A stretch of 62,205 bases of DNA, the filler included, from Basidiobolus ranarum (lineage: Eukaryota), in the NCBI GenBank assembly GCA_040143965.1. It is 27 parts of 27 records of this genome, joined end to end, with 100 filler letters (N's around TTAATTAATTAA, not from the genome) between each part and the next. Parts side by side here need not be neighbours in the genome. Positions count along the whole stretch, not along the records: positions 23,153 to 25,361 come from JASJQH010003628.1; positions 25,462 to 27,670 come from JASJQH010003629.1; positions 27,771 to 29,978 come from JASJQH010003630.1; positions 30,079 to 32,284 come from JASJQH010003631.1; positions 32,385 to 34,589 come from JASJQH010003632.1; positions 34,690 to 36,894 come from JASJQH010003633.1; 21 more parts are not named here. The stretch is one strand, 5' to 3'. This document shows positions 23,390 to 35,278 of this stretch, piece after piece. The number at the start of each line of letters is the position of its first letter. The first letter of the stretch is position 1. The notes below the pieces were generated by a model. The model was not told the origin of the DNA and searched no databases. It saw only the letters and a program-made list of their open reading frames with translations. The position numbers were made by a program, and so were the translations under genes.

Positions 23390-23778
23390 GGAAACCATCC
23401 CATAAAGGACAAAAGCACTTTAAGAGGAAAAGTAGCACATTGTGTTATTACTTTAAAAGAACTGGCCATTTAAGTACAGATTCCTTTAAAAGAATTGCAA
23501 AAGAAGAAAAACATATTGAATCTGGAAATGTGTTTACAACAGAAGATCACTTGTTCTTATCTGCACTATCTATGATTACCAACAGATTTTCAGATGTGAT
23601 ATAGTGATTCTGGAGCCTCCTAATATTTCACAAATGAAAAACATTGGTTTATAGATTACCAATAAATCCCAATTAGAAAGGTTTTCATGGGAGATGACTG
23701 CACATTGGATGCCATTAGACTGGAAAAATTCAAATTTATTTAATTGGAGCTTTAGAAGTGAAATTATATATTTTTAAG
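23390..23778 (+). pseudogene. Copia-2 gag knuckle/protease fragment
   Basis: Aligns with about 41612-41995; DSGAS protease motif. Confidence 0.75.
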
Positions 23779-24126
23779 TGTTAATGTGTTTGGGAGCCTG
23801 TTGGAAGTGGTTTGCAGAATTAGAGGTATTGGGGGCTTTCACTTATTGATTAATTGAGTAGAAAGTTGACATTTATAGTTTTGTCACAATGTGGTCCAAT
23901 AACCATGCAATATGTGCCATGGAAGGTCCCAGGAACATGTGTGCAGCATTTGGGGCTTCTAGCACAAGTTTAAAAAATTTATATAACTCAGGATTTTTAA
24001 CTTGGTAAAAGTATTTCAAGTAAATTCCAATGGAGAATAATGGATAATATCTTAGTGATTTAAAAGATAACTAAGTACTAAGCTATATATGACTACATAG
24101 GTGATTAGGCAATGCTAATTTCAACA
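23779..24126 (-). mobile_element. LTR family C, full length (about 348 bp)
   Basis: TGTTAA...GCTAATTTCAACA; reverse complement of 36546-36893. Confidence 0.8.
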
Positions 24127-24194
24127 GAAGTAATGGTTGTGAGCAATAATCAAGCATTTATTATGACCAATATGGGCCAAAACTGCATGTTGCT

Positions 24195-25071
24195 CCCTAA
24201 CAAAAATAAAATCAATTTGATCCGGAGTGGATCCACCCTTCTAAGTCACAAAACTGTCAGAGAACCATCATGGTATTGGTGGCTTGCATTCTGCCAGGGA
24301 TTTAAATGGTGTGATGGTGGCTTCTTGATGTTATTCTGATGGTATTCATATATATAAAAATATTGATCCTCAAATTTGGCATGCATTGTTGATTTCCAAC
24401 AATTTTTACATAATATAAATTTTGAACGGCTAATCACTGGGTTTACTGCCATAATAATTTGAATTAATATGCATGCCATTATTTAGATACTCTAGGCTTT
24501 GTATTCCAGCCATGATGAGAATCAAAAAATACAAGAATCTTGTTGTTTTAGTCTCCACATATCCATATACTTGGCGGATCAGTCATAACTCAGCAACATC
24601 TATATGCTATACAGCAAACTAATGGTGGGCAAATTGCTAAACATCTGAAATTTTGAATAGCTCTGACACTTGGCAAATAGCTGACTCTTGTTACCATTCA
24701 CAATGATAATAAGCCCTGGGATTTTGGCAAATTTCCATCAAGAATTAAGCCAATATATCCCCAACTGGCAGTCAACAAAGGTACTGCCACAAGTAGATGT
24801 ATCATTGCCTGAATAGTTTACCCCATGGCTAAACAACAATACTGTTTATCACCATCTATGTCACCAAGAAGTCTGTTTTGCGCTTTCCTAGAAATACTGT
24901 GAGATTATTACACAAACAAATTAGTCCAAATTTTAGATGCACTTACTCTGTGTCCATGGATTGGCTTTGTTGCTGTTATTGTGCTCAAACAATGTTGAAA
25001 CCCATGAGCACATTGAAAGGGCCCTCTGTAGAAGGTGAATATACTCTTGAGTCTCTTTGACCCATCATATT
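24195..25071 (-). mobile_element. CMC/EnSpm TIR-R plus transposase 3' region
   Basis: Starts CCCTAACAAAAATAAAATC. Confidence 0.85.
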
Positions 25072-25361
25072 CCCTGACAAAATAAAATTGATTTGATTCG
25101 GATCAGATCCACCCTCCAAAATAGCAAAACCATCAGAGAACCGTCACAATATCATAGGCTTGCATTCTGCCAGGGATTTTGATGATGTGACGGTGGTTTC
25201 TTGACAGTATCTTGGCGGTATTCATACATGTAAAAATATTGATCCTCAAATTTGGCATGTGTTATTCAATATCCAGCAATTTTTGCAAAAATATAATTTT
25301 CAAATGGCAAATTACTGGGTTTACTGCTGTAGGAATTCGAATTAATATGCATGCCTTTATT
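25072..25361 (-). mobile_element. Second CMC/EnSpm TIR-R inserted into the previous copy
   Basis: CCCTGACAAAAATAAAATTG interrupts transposase sequence. Confidence 0.85.
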
Positions 25362-25461
25362 NNNNNNNNNNNNNNNNNNNNNNNNNNNNNNNNNNNNNNN
25401 NNNNNTTAATTAATTAANNNNNNNNNNNNNNNNNNNNNNNNNNNNNNNNNNNNNNNNNNNN

Positions 25462-25623
25462 AATATTCCCATCTCATTTCTATCTAAGCCTAGTAAATGT
25501 AATTAAAATTGATCATGCCAGAGGGTGACGGATAGCGCCAAATTGTGCCGCATAAATTTTAGAATACTTTATCCAATATGAAATATACAGCACAATCTGG
25601 CACTATCACAGAGAACAAGTCCA
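25462..25623. repeat. Unclassified dispersed repeat terminus (family F)
   Basis: Similar to about 51770-51904; homology ends after GAACAAGTCCAT in both. Confidence 0.55.
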
Positions 25624-27670
25624 TTCAATAGCTGAGCAAAGTTCAACCAAAACACCATCAAGACCATCAACTTCCAAAATGGCTACTTTGCCCACTATTA
25701 AACAACCCTCCATAGAAGATTTGGATATAATTATTACAATAAGGGAATTGCAGGCAAAACACCATAATGATTTGCATGCAATCATAAGTAAAAACTATGA
25801 AGCTGCTATACAGGCCATGACAAGCAATATTGCCACAATATTCCAATTAATACAGCATTTGGAAGCAACTAGCCAACAGTTAGAGAGTCACTTAACAATG
25901 ATAGAAGATCTTCAGAATGCTGTACTTGAGCTACAGCAACATGCTGCTCCCTCCATCTATTCTCATGTTGGATTTCAGTCAATCCCACACCATACATATG
26001 GATGTTGTAGTGTGGAATAGGGGTGTTAACTTGAATATTCAGTAATAAAGCTTAATCCCACTGCAAATCTCCAGCAAAGCTGAATTTTTTATACTGGGAG
26101 CTTAAACATATCAATAGGAGATATATTCTTTACTCCATCTTTAATGGGTAAAGACACACTTCAATATGTCAATAGCTTGAAGACTTCATGAGAAAAGATT
26201 ATTTTTGATAATAGAACTATCAAAAATCCTCATTACAACAAGGGTAGATAAAACTCTGGTGGTTTCTCTAACTTGAAGTCAGAAGAAAAAGATATGGTTC
26301 TTTTGAGATTGGCAAAGACTTTGATTAAGAGTTTAATATATTCTATGGCTGTCAAAATGCAGATAATTGTGAAAGAATCTGTACTGCAATCTACAATAGT
26401 CAAGCCTAGTTGAGTTGCAATAGGAATCTTTATTATCTTAGCATGATACAGGGTAGAATATCCAGTTAAGGAAAGGATAAAGAATATGGTGTAGTTTTGG
26501 ATGATGCTAAGGCTAGAAGCCTTTTCAATAGTGGGAAGGGTTGCTTATATATAGAAACAGCTTAGAATAAATGCTATGAGTGGGTGGCTTAGCATCAAAG
26601 TGCTAATAAGATGACTAAGAAAGCAGCTGCAACTTTGAAACTCTGAACACATCAGCATCCAATACTGTTGCAGTTCTGTGCAAATTGTGAAGAGAATCTA
26701 ATGGTTGGTTCCAAAGTTAGCACTAATTTTGTGAGCATCTTGAGGTCCTGAATTCCTGTGTTCTGAATATATGCTAGTGTTGATTTTTGTGTTGGCAACT
26801 TTGAAATTTTTGTGGCTCCACCAATATTGGATCACATTTTATATTTCTTGCATGGTTACCAAGCTCTAATTCAGGAGTTTGTGATTGCTGCTTATATTAC
26901 TGTAATAAGCCAAGTATTGATGTGACTATGAGCAATCAAACACTCTAGTTTTTTTTCTTGATCTGAAAAATATTATAAGATAGCAATAGATAATATTCTT
27001 CCTACTTATTATGTGCAAGATATGATTGGAATATCTCCAACACTACAATGTCACAATGACAATCTAGCAGAGCCGAGTATGTTTTGAACCATTAAGCCTA
27101 CACAATGACCTGAAATTGCTTGGGCACACAAAAGTAGAAATCTTGTAGGAAAACTGGCAAACCAAAAGACTCCAAATGTCAGAGCTGCCATCACTTACTC
27201 TGATGATAAGTGGTTTAACATCTTGGAAACTGTGTGGAATCTTGCCCAAAATCACCTGCATTTGAGTCAATTGTGGAAAAACCAAAAACCAGGTGTTACT
27301 CTGAAGGTTCTTCACTTATTTATGTGGCTTATCCTGGGTTTTGGCAAGCCAATGGACATTGGGCTAGTATAGACCTATTAATGAAACATCTCAACAATGT
27401 ACACAATTATGGACTTATAAAAATAAGAAAAGTTGCTAAAGAAGTACTGAAGGATCAGGAAGTTGGTAAACCCAAGGGAAAAGCAAAGGAGCCAGTAAGT
27501 TCATGCTCTACTGTCCCACTTACCAAATTCTTCACACCATTACAAAGATCTGCAATTCTAGAGTCAGATATACTGGCAAAAAAGCTTAATTTCACCATGG
27601 AACCAGGTACACCAGTTGGAAGAGTGCTAAATTTGGAAGTTTATCCAACACCTGGCACCTCTCAACAAGC
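25624..27670 (+). pseudogene. CMC/EnSpm ORF2 middle region, interrupted by a solo LTR
   Basis: MATLPTIKQPSIEDLD...LQNAVLELQQ and AYPGFWQANGHWAS...PLTKFFTPLQRS, homologous to 43905-45591. Confidence 0.8.
26006..27047 (+). mobile_element. Solo LTR family E (1042 bp) with 4-bp TSD ATGT
   Basis: TGTAGTG...CACTACA termini; ATGT at 26002-26005 and 27048-27051; empty-site context visible near 44945-44975; internal TATATATA and AATAAA. Confidence 0.8.
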
Positions 27671-27770
27671 NNNNNNNNNNNNNNNNNNNNNNNNNNNNNN
27701 NNNNNNNNNNNNNNTTAATTAATTAANNNNNNNNNNNNNNNNNNNNNNNNNNNNNNNNNNNNNNNNNNNN

Positions 27771-29978
27771 GCTAATGGATCAACCTCTCAGAAGTAAGAA
27801 TTTGGAAAAAGAATCTGAGGAAGTGGCTCTTTTGGGAGCAGGAAAACACAGCTCTGGCAAGTACAAAGGTTACAAAAGAAGGAAACCAGCTTTATGCTAT
27901 GGTTGTAACAAGCCAGGACACCAGTTTAAAGATTGCAAATTAAGAAATTAAAACAAAAATGATAAGTCAGAACAAGCAAATAAGGTTCCAACCAAAAAGG
28001 AAGTTTTATTCATTTTGCCCCTATCAGTGACCTCTGAACAAGACTGGAGGTCATGGTATATTGATTCTGGAGCCTCTCAACATTTCTCTAATCAAAAAAA
28101 CTGGTTTAAGACACTCAAAACTGACATAAACAAGAAGGTTTATATGGGAGATGACCAGCCACTAGAAGCTCTGGGAGTGAGAGAAATTGAAGTGGATCTT
28201 GGGGGCATCTCTGGGGACATGTATTTGACACTGAAAAATGTGCTATATGTTCCTGGGATAGCAAAAAATTTGTTATCAATCAGTAAAGCTACATCTGAGG
28301 GATATAGCTCTAAATTTGATCAAAATGGTGGTATAATCCCGGATCAAAAAGGGAATTACGTAGCTTCTGGAGCTAAGTAAAATAACTTATATAAAATTCA
28401 TTATATTAGGCCAATATATGAACAAGTTAATCATGCCACAGCTGAAGATATAGACTGGAAAATCTGGCATAGGAAATTAGGTCATCTAGGAGCTGAAAAT
28501 ATGAGAAATATAATCAAAAACAAGATGGTTTTAGGATTAAATTTCCTAATTCCACCAGATCTGGAGCTACGTGAAGGTTGCCTCTATGGTAGGCAACACA
28601 GACAGCCATTTGTGAGCTCTAGAATGAGCAGATTTGATCAAAATTGGGCCTGATACACTCAGATCTGTGTGGCCCAATGCAGACAAAATCCCTAGAGGGA
28701 AAAAGGTATTTTATGACCTTTATTGATGATAAGACAAAGTATTCTTGAGTGCACTTTCTGGCCAACAAGGATGAAGCCTTTGATACCTTCAAGAAACTCA
28801 AAGCAATGGTGGAGACTGAAATAGGTCTAAAGATTAAGATTATCTGTACTGAAAATGGAGGGTATATATCCCAAAACTCTCCTCTAACTTCTGCTCAACA
28901 TATGGGATAAAACAGCAGACTACAGTGCCATATTCCCCACAAGAGAATGGAGTAGCACAACATGCAAACAGATCAATAATGGAAAAGGCAAGATCAATGC
29001 TTCATGACCAAGATTTACCAAAACAGTTTTTGGCCAAATTGGTTGCAACTGCAGTATATGTTAAGAATAGATGTCCTTCTAGGTCTCTATTGGCTATGTC
29101 AACTTATCAAGCTTGGTTTGGAAGTAAACCTGATGTGGCTAATCTCAGAGTTTTTGGAAGTACCACATATGTAATGATTCAAGACCAGAAGAGATCAAAA
29201 TTAGACCAAAAAAGCCAGAAATGTCTTTTTTTAGGATATTGTGATGGAACAAAAGGGTACAGACTGTATAACACTGAAAATAAGAGGCTAATTGAGTCAA
29301 GGGACATGGAGTTTGCTGAAGAAAAATTTTCAATCAAAAAAATCCAGGATCAAGAAAAACAACCAAAAATTGATGAAAATTCTTCTTTTTCTCACCAGAT
29401 CCTGATCAATGAGAAAAACATTCAAAATACCTCACCTGCAGTCTCCTCAACCAAGCCGGAGGTGTTTTCATTGCCTAAATTGGTACCAGAAGTTGTAGTG
29501 CCAATTTCCCACCTTAGGGGATCCAATTGGATGAGATCTCCACCTGATTACTACTCTCACACTGGCCAAAAGGAGCCTAATGCTAATTTAGCCTTTTCTG
29601 ATGAACCCAAACCAGTACAGGAGGCTATGGAGAGTCCCAACACAAAGTTTCGGAGTGCTGCAGTGGCAGAGGAGTATCCATCACTCATAGATAACCAAAC
29701 TTGGACTTTGGTTAAATTACCTGATGACCAAAAAACAATTGGATGCAAATGGGTGTTTAGAGTTAAGCAGCAAGCTCATGGATCTGTAGAAAGATGTAAA
29801 ACTAGACTTGTGGCTAAAGGATACGCTCCAATTGAAGGAGTGGACTACAATGAAACATTTGCTCTGGTAGCAAAGTTTAATTCTATCATAACTATACTAG
29901 CAGTAGCAGCAAAACACAGCTTAAAAATCCATCAAATGGATGTTAAAACTGCTTTTTTGAATGGGGACTTGGAAGAGG
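27771..29978 (+). pseudogene. Copia-1 gag-pol (zinc knuckle, protease, integrase, RT N-terminus)
   Basis: WYIDSGASQH; HSDLCGPM; PYSPQENGVA; IGCKWVF...RLVAKGY...QMDVKTAFLNGDLEE; order IN then RT is copia. Confidence 0.92.
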
Positions 29979-30078
29979 NNNNNNNNNNNNNNNNNNNNNN
30001 NNNNNNNNNNNNNNNNNNNNNNTTAATTAATTAANNNNNNNNNNNNNNNNNNNNNNNNNNNNNNNNNNNNNNNNNNNN

Positions 30079-32000
30079 CAGTGCTTATAGGTAGCATCAT
30101 CAAGCCTTTGCTTGTGGAATTTTAATGGTTATCTACTGGGGGTCCGATGGGAGAATATTATATTCAAGCTAATATCATTGAATGTAAGGGTGACACTCCA
30201 GCCATTAGTAAACTTGGGGGCTTTGATGGGCACATTGCATTATCTTGCTGTGGAGTTGTCAAATCAATGGAGTTTACTCTAACAAGCATATTCATTACTA
30301 CTAGCCAAATACAACACTAAACTCTATGATTTTACCATTTAAGGCCCGGTAATACTTCAACATGATCACTGATATCAATTTACCAAATAGTCAGTCTAAC
30401 ATCCAACTTGGTATTAGCTGTAAGCCTATGATTATATTGCTAAAGGGAATCAGCTGGAGCCAGAGCTTCCCATTAGGCACTATTGACTTACAATACAACA
30501 ACATTCCAATCCTACTTACTCAGCTATATAGTGCATAGTTCAGCATGAATGAGTCATTCATGATAGGATCAAACTTTGAATTGATTGGGAAAATGCTTGA
30601 AAACTTCAAGATACCATCATATTTTAATAGGACTCCCATTAATATCCTCCCATCTAGATGCTTAATCAAATACAAAGACTGGAAGTGTTGAATTTGTATA
30701 TATTCAAGTAGAATCTTGAAAAGATTTCTGCTTGATAAGTATTGGCAATATTAGGAGTTGTTTGTTGATATTGTTAATATATTCTTATTGCATCAACTCT
30801 CATTGGCAGATCTCAGGCAGATACAGTGACTGTGCAAAGATTTATATATGAAAAACTTTATTACAGGTCTGAGGACAATAGACTAAATCTATGTGGGTAT
30901 TTGATACATTTCCTGCTGCATGTTCCTCAATGCTGAGAGATTATAGGCCCTTGCTATACATTCTGGGAGTTCCCTATGGAGTGCACTGGTGGGGAAATAA
31001 TGCTCCATGTGAAATGGTTAGTATTATTGTATGCTAATCTGATTAATAATGTAGCTGCAATATTGGTGATGGATGTAATGCAATGTGTCAAGGAGACTCC
31101 AGAGTATATTAATCTTCCAACAAAGGGCTTCTTCTAATGTTCTCATAGGTTTTTTCATTGTTTGGACACAATAACAGCAACAAAGACCAATCCGTGAACA
31201 CAGAGTTACTAACTCTATGCTTTGGACAAATTTGTTTGTGTAGTTATCTGACGGTATTTCTAGGAAAGATGCAAGACAGACTTCTTGGTGGGATAGATAG
31301 AGACATGAAGTATGATTGTTTTAGCCATGGGGTAATCTATTCATGCAATGACATATCTACTATTGGCAGGACATTTGTTGACTGCAAGTTTGAGATATAT
31401 TGGCTGAATTCTTTATGGAAATTTGCCAAAATCCAAGAGCTTCTTCTCATTGTGAATGGCATCAAGAGCCAGCTATTTGACAAGTGTCAGCACTATTCAA
31501 AATTTAAGATATTTAGCAATTTTGCACCCTTAGTTTGCTGGTAAAGCATATTGATGTTGTTGGGTTATGTCTAATCATCATCATAAAGCATCTTGATGTT
31601 TTTGAGTTTGTCTGATTAGTCAAGTGTGTGCATATATAGAGACTAAACACAGCCAGATTCATGTATTTTTTGATTCTCATTATGGCTGGAATGCAAAGCC
31701 AAATATTTACTAGTAAAGGCATGCCCATCAATTTGAGCTCCAACAGCAGTAAACCCAGATTGACCATTCAAAAATAAGATTTTTGAAAAAATTGCGGGAA
31801 ATTAAATAACACAAGCCAGCTATGAAGATGAATATTTCAAAATGTATCAATACTATCAAGACCCCCTCAAGAAGCCACCATCACACTATCAAGATCCCAG
31901 GCAGAATGCAAGCTACCAATATTGTGATGGTTCTCTGATGGTGTTGCAATTCAAAAGGGTGAATTCAATCCATATTAAATTGATTTTATTTTTATTAGGG
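30079..32000 (+). mobile_element. CMC/EnSpm degenerate transposase plus TIR-R
   Basis: Ends TTTTATTAGGG at 32000; small internal tandem duplication near 31543-31620. Confidence 0.85.
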
Positions 32001-32284
32001 AACCAGAATGATGTAGGTAGAAATGCAAATTTGGTCCAGCCAGTAAGTCCATACAAGTTTAAGTACATGCTGCTTGATGATGACCTTGGTTATTCCAGTA
32101 CTAATGGTAGTATATCAGAAATTGAAGAAGAACAGGATGGTTTAGTTACACACTCTTTGTTATTGGCAAGCATTAGTCAACTCATAACACTTACAGCAAA
32201 GGAAGCAGCTTTGATTATTGAGGAGTGGAGAGTTCCATCCAATCTTAGCAACCAGATGTTTATTGGCTTTCTTACACTTTTACC
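32001..32284 (+). mobile_element. CMC/EnSpm transposase 5' region (target of the preceding copy)
   Basis: Aligns with about 16975-17255. Confidence 0.8.
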
Positions 32285-32384
32285 NNNNNNNNNNNNNNNN
32301 NNNNNNNNNNNNNNNNNNNNNNNNNNNNTTAATTAATTAANNNNNNNNNNNNNNNNNNNNNNNNNNNNNNNNNNNNNNNNNNNN

Positions 32385-32489
32385 TCCTATTTAGAATATA
32401 GGGGCTATAGATACGTTGCTTTCTGTTTCTGATATATGTATCATAACTAAAGTTAACTATGATGTTGAATAAAGATTAATTATCCAACA
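32385..32489 (+). mobile_element. LTR family D, 3' end
   Basis: Near-identical to 23285-23389. Confidence 0.65.
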
Positions 32490-34172
32490 GGTTCACGTAG
32501 CTCTACTATATAGAGAACTCAGAAATTTATTGATATAAAAAGCCTTCACAGTTGACCCCAGAATTATTCCCAGCAGAAGCGAGCGAATGGAATAGGAAAG
32601 TGACCCATCTTTAATGCAATCTCAACGCATTTCTAAATTTGATCGGTAAATTTGATTTCGTTTTTGTCGCTATCTCCAACCATTGTACTATGCATAACCA
32701 ATGGCACATGTCACTAGTAATTCTACTATTGGCTCATGATTCTACCAACAATGCAAATCATATAGAGATTCAAATATAACGAGTCTATCCGACATAACAC
32801 CCTGTTATACTTCAAAAGACCTAGTATCAGTTAGTGACAGAGATAAGGAAGTAACCGCTATAAAATGCAATCTGGATTTGGAGAATATGAAAGTTCAATT
32901 TGATTGGGCGATAGTTTATAATAGTAACTTTGAATTTAGAGTTTTGAAATCACATAAAGACATGGACTAGGCACTCAACTTATACTACAAACTCTAGACA
33001 CTCATATTCGGCAAAGAACTTCCAGTTCATGTATTTCATCAAGGATTGGTGAATTTCAGAATCTATTTCAGCGAAACGGTCGTGCCATCCGAAAGTAGCT
33101 CAAGGATTATCTTCAGGTGTTGGTGACAACAGTAACAAAGGGGTGAGGAGGAGTTACAGCAATGGCTTCAGTGACTCCTCACACGTAATTCTGTTGTAGT
33201 GTTTACTGATACTGTCCACAGTCCCGTACATTCATAAATATTACCACCAGTGATTTGCGAATGTTTATGATCTAGTCTTATCTATTGAATATGTGTACAA
33301 TTCAAATGTAAATATATACTAGTTGATAGATAAACTAAAACTGACTCCTTCGTTCCATCCTATCTTTCACTAGCCTTATCTTTACCAAATAAACAGTCTT
33401 CTATTCCTTTGTTAGAAGAGGAATTAAAGGACTTTCTCTCATCCTTGCAGGCTAGGCAATCTCCTATTGGGTCAAACTAAGTGGCAGTTACTGATATTAC
33501 GCAACTATTTGTCCAGATTAAATTAGCAGCTAAGCAGTATTTAAAACCAATCTAGATTCACGGATAAGCTACGCACATTTATACTACCTTACGTGTTCAT
33601 CCTCGCTTCCACGGCCACTGGAACACATTCCTCTCACGCAGCTGCACATCCTTGATCAAACTGTTACCCAGTACTCTTCATTGCTAACAGTGACCATTTC
33701 TGGTAAAACTATCAATTGGTGTCCAAATTAGGAAGACTGAGCTGATCTGCTTTTCTGGAGGCATGATCTCATTGAAACCATATTAAGTAAAGTCAATCGC
33801 CATCGAATGTAAAAATAGAAGAATATTGCATATTGTGGAATTCGGAACCAAGGCAGATCGAAAACGTATTTCCTTTTATGCAATGTGTATACAACCATAT
33901 TTAGTTAAGAGTAAATCTCCCCAGAATCATTTCGTTATCGAAACTAGAATATTATTGATTCCATCTAATATAATGGGTATGGAAGGCAAATCTCACCAGG
34001 ATCACATTATTATCCAAACTAAAGGAACAGCCAGGAATCAGGAGTAAGATATGTGGATGGTATGTTGAATAACCATGGCTTGATAAAATACTATTTGTGA
34101 AATCGTAATATTTATTAAATTATTTTAGCTTACATTAATCTACGAAAGAGATATCTTTGGTCATCTGAGGGT

Positions 34173-34589
34173 TCAATAAACCCATGAGATAGCATCGTCA
34201 GGAACCTCGTTTTCAATTCTTTCATCGTTGTTACATGGGTGTTGCTTTAGTAAAGTGCTCTTGATTCCTGTTTTTTTGATATCGTCTGATACAGGAACTA
34301 GTGTGGTGCCATCATTCTCGATGCAAATCTCCTCACCGTAGCAATTCCAGTTACTGTAGTAGCAGTAGAGCCCAGCATCATCTTCTTGGCCAAAGGTTAC
34401 AAACACTTCCACATCTGTGAGTGGTTGGAAGTTGTAGCACTGATTATAGTTGTAGTACGCAAAGCTAGCCTCATTTGTACCATAGCTGTTCTGGCTGCCA
34501 TCGAGCAAGGCTATCAAGTTACCAGGTGTGATGAAGTCTTGTTGTCCCACTTGATAAGGCGTATTGTCGAGAAAGCTCACGACTGATTC
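34173..34589 (-). CDS. Hypothetical acidic Tyr/Asn/Cys-containing protein, 5'-truncated
   Basis: Frame open from the contig edge to TGA; QCYNF...LYCYYSNWNCYGEEIC; CpG-normal; AATAAA downstream on the minus strand. Confidence 0.65.
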   Translation of the reverse strand, partial: ESVVSFLDNTPYQVGQQDFITPGNLIALLDGSQNSYGTNEASFAYYNYNQCYNFQPLTDVEVFVTFGQEDDAGLYCYYSNWNCYGEEICIENDGTTLVPVSDDIKKTGIKSTLLKQHPCNNDERIENEVPDDAISWVY

Positions 34590-34706
34590 NNNNNNNNNNN
34601 NNNNNNNNNNNNNNNNNNNNNNNNNNNNNNNNNTTAATTAATTAANNNNNNNNNNNNNNNNNNNNNNNNNNNNNNNNNNNNNNNNNNNNTCCCCCCTCCC
34701 TAACCC

Positions 34707-35278
34707 CATAAAGAAGGGTCATAAGGTTCCTTTTCATCTCCAGAGACTACATCCCAAAGCCCCCTGTCTTCCAGCATGATTTGCATCTTGAACTTCCAGA
34801 AATTGTAATTTTTTCCATCAAGCTTTTCAAGACTTCAGATATTAAAATGGTGGTAGTGGTTTCTGACTTGCTGTGAAGGTTAGAACATGGGGCTCATAAC
34901 CTATTGGGAAAATATGGGCTGTTTGGAGGAACTTTAGAAAAGTGGAGTTGTGAACAGCTTTGTGAGATAATTATTTATTGTCCAGAAATAAAGCATTTAG
35001 ACATTTTGGTGGAAATACAGAAAACTAACACTGGGGCTGTGTTCAGAACATCTGTGCAGTAAAATGAGCTATCTTTGAGGCAATTTGGACAAGTTTGAAA
35101 CTTCCAATATGGAATTGCTAATTCTCACATTATTCTCATATATATATAGTATATGTTCTAAATTTCAGTTAAGTGATATTTAACTAAGTAACGTTCACTA
35201 ACTTATGTGTGATATATGAAATAGTTAGGTGTATAAAGATAGAGCTAACAAAGATGATAAAGACAATAAACTTCAACA
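34707..35278 (-). mobile_element. Copia-1 5' end: LTR B (35278-34902), PBS (34901-34890), start of gag
   Basis: Reverse complement reads CCCAATA GGTTATGAGCCC CATGTTCTAACC, then the KLDGKNYNFWKFKMQ region. Confidence 0.88.

Noticed and set aside
32975..33800. Coding-looking minus-strand patches (e.g. FGWHDRFAEIDSEIHQSLMKYMNWKFF)
   Set aside because: No consistent spliced frame or recognisable family could be built; possibly an old pseudogene.
34690..34742. Fourth copy of the GGGGATGAAAAG terminus (CTTTTCATCTCC)
   Set aside because: It is copia-1 gag sequence, the reverse complement of about 13107-13118.
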